64,000 nt of DNA from Octopus bimaculoides (taxonomy: Eukaryota). The DNA is taken from NCBI RefSeq assembly GCF_001194135.2, contig NC_068982.1, forward strand, positions 128,462,269 through 128,526,268, read 5' to 3'. The translations under genes and the position numbers were made by a program. This document shows positions 55,551-64,000 of this stretch, piece after piece. The notes under the pieces are model-generated. The model saw only the letters and a program-made list of their open reading frames with translations. It did not search any database and was not told the DNA's origin. Each line of letters starts with the position of its first letter. The stretch's first letter is position 1.

Positions 55551-56097
55551 TATTCTTAATATTATAGTAGGAAGGTCAGGTATACAATCTAAAGATGTAT
55601 AACCCACTTTCTACTATACCCTTTAATACTTAGGTTTTAATCAATCATTTTATATCATATTTATACTTCTTGCCTACTTTATGATAAAGTCAATATGGTG
55701 AATTTGTTCCTCTATGACTTCTGAAGTCACTTCAGTATATTCATTCGATATACTTTGTGAATTAGTATCAAAGTCCTGTCTGCTGATGCTGCAGACCATC
55801 AGCTTTCTCTTCTTACAATAAGGTATCACTTTCCACCACTAGAGTTTCTTATTTATAAGTATCATATAACCTGCATAATGAGTAAATGCCAACAGAAATA
55901 GTTCTCAAAATATCTGCAGCCACTATAGATGTTCGACATTGTTCAAACAGTAAAATCAGTAACTAACTGTACTATTAGGTAGATTATATAAATATATTGC
56001 ATAATAAATAAAACCTTTATAAAATAGTACATAAAACAATATACAAATTCTGCTGGAGTTACTGCTGCTATTAGCCACAACAGTTACGACAACTCAC

Positions 56098-56210
56098 CAT
56101 CACTATTTTCACAGCTGTTAACTATCGCACCTACTGGCATTCTTCCCCCCACTGACAACATCCAACCCTTACAACTTTGCTGGTTTACAACTGTTCCAAA
56201 CTGTGTAATT
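56098..56210 (-). CDS. 113-bp exon candidate (ITQFGTVVNQQSCKGWMLSVGGRMPVGAIVNSCENSD)
   Basis: tcattctag| ... GATG|gtgagt with a single open frame, phase 2 to 1, compatible with the 63-bp exon. No recognisable domain, and the plus strand resembles degenerate trinucleotide sequence. Confidence 0.35.
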
Positions 56211-57299
56211 CTAGAATGATTGTTAATGTTAGATCTTGCTCACAACTAAATATCTAAGAAGAATGCTGAAGAAATTTTGTGACTATTTCCAATATTATAT
56301 ATCAAGTAATTATACAATAATAAAGTATAGTTGATGTGCTAACATTATTCAGAATACAGTCAGTTTCACTGATATTTGGTTACAAGATTAAACATGTAAC
56401 TGCTTTTAATCCCTTTCTGAAAATATTTTGGCATCCAACCAGGTTAACTCATGACCTAACTTTGACCTAGTTATTGGTGAATCATAAATTGAAGTATTTT
56501 TATTCTAGATTATTATAAATCTTCAGCAAATATCTTAAAAGTGTCGTAAAAAATAGTTGTCATTGTCAATCATTGCTTTTGCCATCAACATCATCATCAT
56601 CAACATAATCATCATCATTATCATTGTTGTCGTCATCATTGTCACTGTCATCTTTGTTGTCAGTGTCAGTGCTGTTATGGTCATTGTCACTGTCATCTTA
56701 ATTATCATTTATATATTTGTAAATTAACAAAATTTACATCAAGTACAATTTCACAAGAAAATCCTTTCTAAAAACAAAAATATAATTGAAATCATTACCA
56801 AATAATTATTTTCTTTTCTTAGTCCACTACAGTTAGAAATCTTACTAACGTTCAAACAATTTCCATTTAAGCAAGATCATATTGCTCAGGTGAAAACACA
56901 AATATGAAAATAACTTATTTTTGAACAAGTCATCAGTCTTGTAAATAACCACACAAACAAGTGGGAGAAGCCTATAACAACAGTCATGAGTAAACACTTT
57001 CTAATAGCAGAGGAAGGCTTGTGATATATTGCATGTCATAAATTGGCCAACAGAGTTGGCCAAAGAATAATTTAACAAATGTTGAATGAAGTGCAGTATA
57101 CAACACATATTACATCAAACACATCATTAAAAAATTTGAACAAGAGAAAGTGTGAGTAAATGAGACAAAGAAAGAGAAAGAAATCTTAAATTAATAGGGT
57201 CAGACCGAAAGATTATGTTACAAAGTTGGAGTAAAATAGCAAAGAGACATTACATGTGCCTTAAAAAATAAAGTTACACATGTGGCTCAAGAACTGAAG

Positions 57300-57485
57300 G
57301 CTGCCTGTGCCCTATCTACATGGTTGCTTAGTTTGTTAGAAATAGCAGCCAAGTTTCTCTCATATCACATCATATCATCTTAAAGGAAGGGAGAATACAT
57401 TGGATAGTGTGATCCTAAAGACACTGTGTTGGAATAATAGATAGATAAGCTGATCATTACTGGACCACATCTGATCAGAGGATTA
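57300..57485. mobile_element. Short interspersed repeat (family E)
   Basis: gttagaaatagcagccaag...tggatagtgt module, also at about 11205-11420 and, inverted, at about 52690-52900. Confidence 0.55.
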
Positions 57486-57686
57486 CTCAATCATCATTAA
57501 CTTAGAACAGAACAATGACAAGAACAACTCAAAGGATGAGCACATTAAGAATTCAAAGCAAAAATTTTTCTGGCATTGTTTATTTTTTCATGCCCCTTAT
57601 TATGAGGGGAAAAAAACCCCAGTTGTCATCAATTTAGTCTTTTGGAAAAATACAAAAATAAATATATAAATAGATGAATAATCAAA

Positions 57687-57717
<31 letters not shown>

Positions 57718-58363
57718 TAATGATGACGACAATAATAAAAGTACATCATTTTCACCACACAAAACAAGTTTTTTATTATACAGATTTTAAGATAGCTTTT
57801 GTTATAAATGCATTTCTGAGACATCTAAGATTAGAAACTCTATTTCAAATGAAAGCATTAAAAAAATCAATTCTTCAAAGACAATGTTGGACTCAAAGAA
57901 ACATATTTTAAAGCAATATTCATGGTAGACGTAAAGACAAGAAGAAGTTATTACATAAGATTTATAATTTTTTTTCACTATCAAACTCATTTTAGAGATG
58001 AAAAAATATTATATTTACATCTAAACTATTTTTTTTTTGTTTTTTTTATTTGATCATCATCAAGTGTCTTATTCCTGAATGTCTACATAGTACAAGACTG
58101 GATTTGAACTAGAAATTTTATTTGGCAGCAAATTGGTAGAGTTGTTAAAAGAGGAACTAAATGCCATGTCGTATTTATTCAGCTTTTTGTGTTTTGGTTT
58201 GAAATCCAGCTGAAGTCAACTTTGCCATACATCCTTCCAGGGTTGATAAACTAAATACCAGTCTAAGATAGTGGTGTGGCAGAACCATCAGAATGAGAAA
58301 GGTTGCCTCATGTTATTTATTCCCGCTCTTTACGTTCAGGGTTCAAATTCTTCGATTGCCTAC

Positions 58364-58463
58364 CTGGGTTGTACATTTAATCTGTCACCGAGTTTAACAC
58401 TACCACCCCTTCCTTTGTGCTGGCAGCAGACTCTATTCAATTGCAGGTATTCAGGCCAGTGTT
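58364..58463 (-). CDS. 100-bp exon candidate (HWPEYLQLNRVCCQHKGRGGSVKLGDRLNVQP)
   Basis: cttctaactag| ... ACCCAG|gtaggc with a single open frame, phase 1 to 2, compatible with 56098-56210. No recognisable domain. Confidence 0.33.
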
Positions 58464-59609
58464 CTAGTTAGAAGATTCTTTCCTTCTTCCTTCACTCCAG
58501 TTCAAAAGACTCTAAAAAGAGCCATGGGCAATGTCCTTCTTTTTAAAAGGTTCTTTGTTTGAATCCAGTCAATTTCTATGTGCACAGCTAAGAATAAGAC
58601 ATCTGGTGAGAGCAGATCAACCAGACTGTAGTGTAGATGTAAATATTAAGATATATTTCATCACCTGAACATAAGGTTAACAGTTTGAAAAAATTACAAT
58701 CCATTGACAACCAGACATTTCAATAGTCAAGTTATTACATATATACAGTTCTCCAACTGTAAGCTACTATACAGAGAAATAAAAAATAAGTTAATAATAC
58801 TTAGTATAGCTTCAATGCTGACTATTACTCATTAGCATTAGTTAAAGTTTTAAGCAGTTATAAGATGACTTCATAAATCTTATTCAAGTTGTTTCCTGTT
58901 ATATAAGTTGCTACTAAAATAAATCAACAAATGTCATTGACTTTGGAATGTTAACATTTATTTTTCATGAATAATTTAGAATAATTCAACATTTCATTTT
59001 TAATAAAATAATTTTGATGGAAATAAAAACTATGAATTTTTAAAGCTTTCATTTTGATTTGTTACTGACAATAGATATTAAATTAGAGCTTGTGAATGAA
59101 TACTGGAATTGCTTTTGAAAATGAAAAAATAAAGTTTATGTGCGTTTTCAATATGGATGATGATAAAATCGGAATAGAAAATAGAAAAATATGATAGAAA
59201 ATAAAAAAAAATGGAAGAAATATTACTGTGGATATATTTGAAGGTGTAAGGAATAAACTGTGTTCAGTTGAGAAAAAATAACTAAGAGCTAATGTTATCA
59301 TCAGTAGCTGATGATAGCTTAAAATGTAAAGAGAATGAGATAAAAATAGTTGACGAGTGGTTAAAGAATCAGTAAAAGGTGAAAGTTGTGGCTTAGTGGA
59401 GTTGAAATTATTCCTTTAAAAAATCTACATTTTAATATAGCTGTTTATGTGTGCTGTAAAAAGGGAAATAACTTTTAAAATAATGTAAAATGTTTTAAAT
59501 AGCTTTACCAACATTAAATAAATTTTGAAACTTTTATACAATATGAGCTACTATCAGATATTGCATGTGTTGTTTCAGTATGTGTGTTGAATGCATGTGA
59601 TCTATTGGT

Positions 59610-59745
59610 TAGGATATTAGGCTCACCATCATAAGGTCGTGGGTTCAATTCTTGAACTGAGTAGCAAGTTGTGTCCTTGATCAAGACACTGCATTTCGCA
59701 TAGCTCCAGTCTACCTAGCTGAAAAATGAGCACCAACAGAGCGCT
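59610..59745 (+). mobile_element. SINE family C head fragment
   Basis: ggtcgtgggttcaattc, gtgtccttgatcaagacact, gctccagtctacctagctgaaaaatgag. Confidence 0.65.
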
Positions 59746-59780
59746 GGTATGATCTCTCTCTCTCTCTCTCTCTCTCCAAG

Positions 59781-59817
59781 CTTGAGTGTATTATCAGGTC
59801 AATGGTGCAAGAGCGAG
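59781..59817 (+). other. Candidate 37-bp plus-strand exon behind a (CT)n tract
   Basis: (TC)n ccaag| acceptor and GAGCGAG|gtgagt donor, immediately 3' of a tRNA-headed SINE fragment. Confidence 0.3.
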
Positions 59818-60116
59818 GTGAGTGGGGTTTTTTAAGTCTGATTGTGGCTTTGTAAGCACTTAAAACAACCAGAAAATGCACGGTACATGTAATCAAGCCA
59901 TATTCACTCACAAGAGATGGCTGGTTGTATTGTACTCGGTATATGTACACATTTGAGTGCATATGAGGACAAACTAATAATGCAAAATTTACTTTACAAT
60001 AAGTACTTTCATATTATTATCATTGATAAGAAAGAAATATGGATTTATTTGAATATTTTTATTTTTAGACAATAAGTATTATGAATATTACCATTCAAAT
60101 CTGAATTTAAGGAAGA

Positions 60117-60345
60117 CGTGGCCATTGCCAGTAACACCTGACTGGCCCTTGTGCCAGTGGCACATGAAAGCACCCACTACACTCTCGAAGTGGTTGGCGT
60201 TAGGAAGGGCATCCAGCTGTAGAAACTCTGCCAGATCAGATTGGAGCGTGGTGCAGCCATCTGGCTTGCCAGTCCTCAGTCAAACCGTCCAACCCATGCC
60301 AGCATGGAAAGTGGACGTTAAACGATGATGATGATGATGATGATG
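60117..60345 (+). mobile_element. RTE-tail repeat (family A)
   Basis: Near-identical to 1738-1964. Confidence 0.85.
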
Positions 60346-61436
60346 AGGATGATTCTGTTTGTAAATTATAAAATACCTTTCAAAAGGTAAATATTATATT
60401 TAATGGTATTATCAATTGATATTATTTATAATTCACATTTGATTTACTACCTGTAATAAGAATTTTAAAATTTGGTACAAGATCATAAGTTTAGGCTTTG
60501 CAATATTGGCAGTTTAATTGATTTCAGTTCTTGAGCAGTATTTATTTTATTTATCCCAGAGAGGGAAAGGTAAAATCAACTTTAGCAAACTCTGAATTCT
60601 AATATTGTTTTTTAACAAAATCAAAAAGCCAAATATTTGGGGGGAGAGGAAGAAACAATTATATTCACCCAAAACTTGACTACTAGTTTATTTTACTGAC
60701 CATGTGGGATGAAAGGCAAACTTGACCTTGAGGGGATTTGAACTCGGAATTTAGAGAAACAGTACAAAGCATTTTTTTAATACCCTAATGATTCTGGCTG
60801 TCCACCACTTCTCTAAGAATAATATGGATTTAAAATCATTGCCTAAACAAACAAAAAAGAAAACCATCAGATAACTTCTTTTAGGGCATGGCAATTGCTG
60901 ATACTAATTAAAAACACACTCACATTCACACAACTAGATGTATATAATAATGATTTATGATATATTTTGTTTAATTTATCCTATATGTTTTAAATGGTTT
61001 TAATGTATTTGACATTAAAATTAATATATAATTTATTTTATATTAATAATTAAATGCAGCATAGGGCCACTATTAAGATAATTGAAAGCTTACGTTACTA
61101 TCTGTTTGTGGTTATGTATTGCATTTTATTCTTCTGAGGACTAAGGTGTCACATGGTCAGCTTCATTAGCTTACAACCAAGAAACTGCACTCAAGATGTT
61201 GCTCAAGCACTCAGCACTCAGTGCACAACTTCTTATAGCAGACACAGCTGTAGGCTAATGGAGTTCATTATGCAACGCCTATTCCCTTGTCCTTTATTTA
61301 TCAATATGATGCTCTGTACTTGCCTAACACCTTATTCTAAAGCATAAGTATATTGAGCTCTAGCAACTGGTTTTCAGTATTGTCATGCATAAGTAAAATC
61401 ATAATATTCATACACACACACACCACACACACACAC

Positions 61437-61469
<33 letters not shown>

Positions 61470-61754
61470 NNNNNNNNNNNNNNNNNNNNNNNNNNNNNNN
61501 NNNNNNNNNNNNNNNNNNNNNNNNNNNNNNNNNNNNNNNNNNNNNNNNNNNNNNNNNNNNNNNNNNNNNNNNNNNNNNNNNNNNNNNNNNNNNNNNNNNN
61601 NNNNNNNNNNNNNNNNNNNNNNNNNNNNNNNNNNNNNNNNNNNNNNNNNNNNNNNNNNNNNNNNNNNNNNNNNNNNNNNNNNNNNNNNNNNNNNNNNNNN
61701 NNNNNNNNNNNNNNNNNNNNNNNNNNNNNNNNNNNNNNNNNNNNNNNNNNNNNG

Positions 61755-61935
61755 GGGGGGGGGGACAAACACAGACACACAAACATATATACACACATAC
61801 ATATACATATATACGATGGGATTCTTTCAGTTTCCTGAGGCTATAGTAGAAGACACTTGCCCAAGGTGCCACACAGTAGTACGGAACCCAGAACCATGTG
61901 GTTCGTAAGCAAGCTACTTACCACACAGCCACTCC
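61755..61935 (-). mobile_element. tRNA-headed SINE (family B), 5' half
   Basis: gaagacacttgcccaaggtgccacacagt...ttaccacacagcc. Confidence 0.8.
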
Positions 61936-61992
61936 TATGCCTATGTATATGTATATATACATACATATATATATACACATACATATATAATC

Positions 61993-62047
<55 letters not shown>

Positions 62048-62128
62048 TATACATATACACAAATACACACACACACACATATGCACATGCACAGCCACAC
62101 TCACACACACGCACACGCACCCACAGTT

Positions 62129-62178
<50 letters not shown>

Positions 62179-62925
62179 GTATGTCTAGATTGTTTGAAGT
62201 GGTGCACATATTTCATGTATTAAGAAAAAGAATATAGTCAGGATTTTAGATAAAAGTTATTTATTTAGTGTTAATACTACTTTTATGATATTTATAGAAT
62301 TAGCATTCAAATGTTTAATTCAAAATAGTATACACTATAATAATTGTTAATTGTTACTGAGAATGTATTGATTTCGTTTTATTCAACAATTCATATTTTG
62401 TTTTGATTCAGAAATAAATACAACAGTTACTTCAGTCTGTATTACTATCAGAATTTTGCAGCAACATCAAGAATAAACATAGATCTAAACTAAAAAACAA
62501 TAAGTGAAGGCTTCATGTATCTTCAGTTTGAAGATATTTTGAACCACTACTCATTCTCAAGATGATTCCATACAAAAGAAAATCATGCATACTCTTATTA
62601 TATCACTAAAATTTCTAAAATTAGAAATACTATTGTAAATGATATAGTAAGTTTGTTTATACCATGCATCCTAACTTAATTTCGAGTTGTATGTACTGTC
62701 ATGCATGTTACTATTTTGAAGTCGACTTTGTAATTAATAGCCCCATATAATAGCATCCTAGACATATCAAGCTATAAAATGTATGCTATTAATTTTGTGG
62801 TTAGTGAATTAGAACCTAGCTCAATATATATTCATAAAACATAAGCTGATAACAATAGCTGATAGATGTTAAACATATATATAAATGCATTACTATAAAA
62901 TACTGCGACTGAATGCTGTAAATAC

Positions 62926-62964
62926 CTTTTCCTCGTGGAATTGTTACATGGCTCACTGTAATAC
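62926..62964 (-). CDS. 39-bp symmetric exon candidate (ITVSHVTIPRGK)
   Basis: ccatttcacag| ... GAAAAG|gtattt. Phase 1 to 1 frame is open. Confidence 0.27.
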
Positions 62965-63180
62965 CTGTGAAATGGTGCGGATATTAATAGAGTGATTGCT
63001 TTTTTTCATATTGGCACAAAACCACAAATTTGCTAAGGAGAGATGTAGTCAATTATATTGCATCAAGTAGATATCAAGTATTTAAAACCCAAAGGCAGTG
63101 ATAACATTGGTGGAATTAGAATGTGGTCAGACAAAGTTTGTTGCCATTTAACTTGCATGGTACTTATACTGCTATCTAAC

Positions 63181-63207
63181 CAGCATTGCGAATGATAAAC
63201 ATGGGTC
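63181..63207 (-). CDS. 27-bp symmetric exon candidate (PMFIIRNA)
   Basis: tctttctttccaaatgcag| ... GCTG|gttaga. The acceptor may derive from an adjacent SINE-like fragment. Confidence 0.2.
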
Positions 63208-63876
63208 CTGCATTTGGAAAGAAAGATTAAAATTGATTAAATGAATACCCCAGTGCTTGACTGGCATTTATTCTAGTGACCCTTAAATGAATAAAAGGTC
63301 AATTTGATCTAGCAGAACTCGGAGCCAAAACATAAATAGGCATAACCAAATACTGCACTTTACCAATTTCTTTCTAGCACTTTGCCAATTTTTTTATCAG
63401 TTTCACATTTTGTGGATGCTATTAATAATCTCATCTGGTGCAGATGTGCACTGTATACATACCAACAGTGGTGGGTGAACCAGTTTAGTGATGTAAAATA
63501 ATAGGTAAGTCAAACAACAGAAGTGAAAGAGCATCATCTAAATTCAAACAAGATGGCAAACACAGCTGTAAGCCCACGTCATCATCTCAAGTACTTGCTC
63601 TTTGTTAAAGTGCGTGTGTATTTAGAATATTGTATTCTTGAACTGGTTTCAGCCATAGAATTGTGGGCAAGCTAGGACACCATCTTCAAGAGCATAGTCA
63701 ATTATATTGACCTAAGTACAAGATAGGTACATATTTGGTCAACCTTGAAGTGGCGGATTGACATGCAGAGTTGACGAGGGGCATGGGTGAATAGAGGATG
63801 TGTATTCAGAGCATGAAGGAATGAACCAAATACCACAACAAATTTTGATCAATGCTCTGCAGATTTATCCAAATAT

Positions 63877-63920
<44 letters not shown>

Positions 63921-64000
63921 ATACATATATATATATATGCATGCACTATGTTGTATGTGCATATATATATATATATATATGCTTGTGTGTATGTGCATAT

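Noticed and set aside
59297-59317. 9-bp perfect hairpin tatcatcag-tag-ctgatgata containing CTGATGA
   Set aside because: No downstream helix II plus GAAA, so it is not a hammerhead. It is short enough to be chance in ATC-rich DNA.
63463-63537. Minus-strand 75-bp segment reading like a signal peptide (MMLFHFCCLTYLLFYITKLVHPPLL)
   Set aside because: It ends in phase 0, and the downstream candidate exons lead to stops in that frame. At best it is 5' UTR.

Overview
Eukaryotic, very AT-rich, microsatellite-dense draft genomic DNA with nine N-gaps. The repeat content looks like an octopod cephalopod (Octopus-like), which is an inference from pattern recognition only. Most of the window is intron-like sequence filled with decayed non-LTR retrotransposons: three R4/Dong-type RLE elements, four RTE fragments and one CR1/L2/Jockey-group RT. 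It also holds many short RTE-tail copies, at least four recurring SINE-like families, and simple repeats. The only confidently recognisable host coding sequence is a minus-strand 358-bp exon (46864-47221) with I-set immunoglobulin motifs, resembling a titin/sallimus/unc-89-like muscle protein. By hand I could chain it in frame to short upstream exons (32, 28 and 63 bp). The 63-bp exon lies in the only clear CpG-rich island outside young repeats (about 55260-55550), which carries two NRF1-type palindromes and has a MEF2 consensus nearby. Further upstream exon candidates and plus-strand (antisense) micro-exon candidates are weaker hypotheses that need RNA data. No CRISPR, rRNA or intact tRNA gene was seen. 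Most entries in the ORF track are microsatellite or gap artefacts. Repeat boundaries are approximate.
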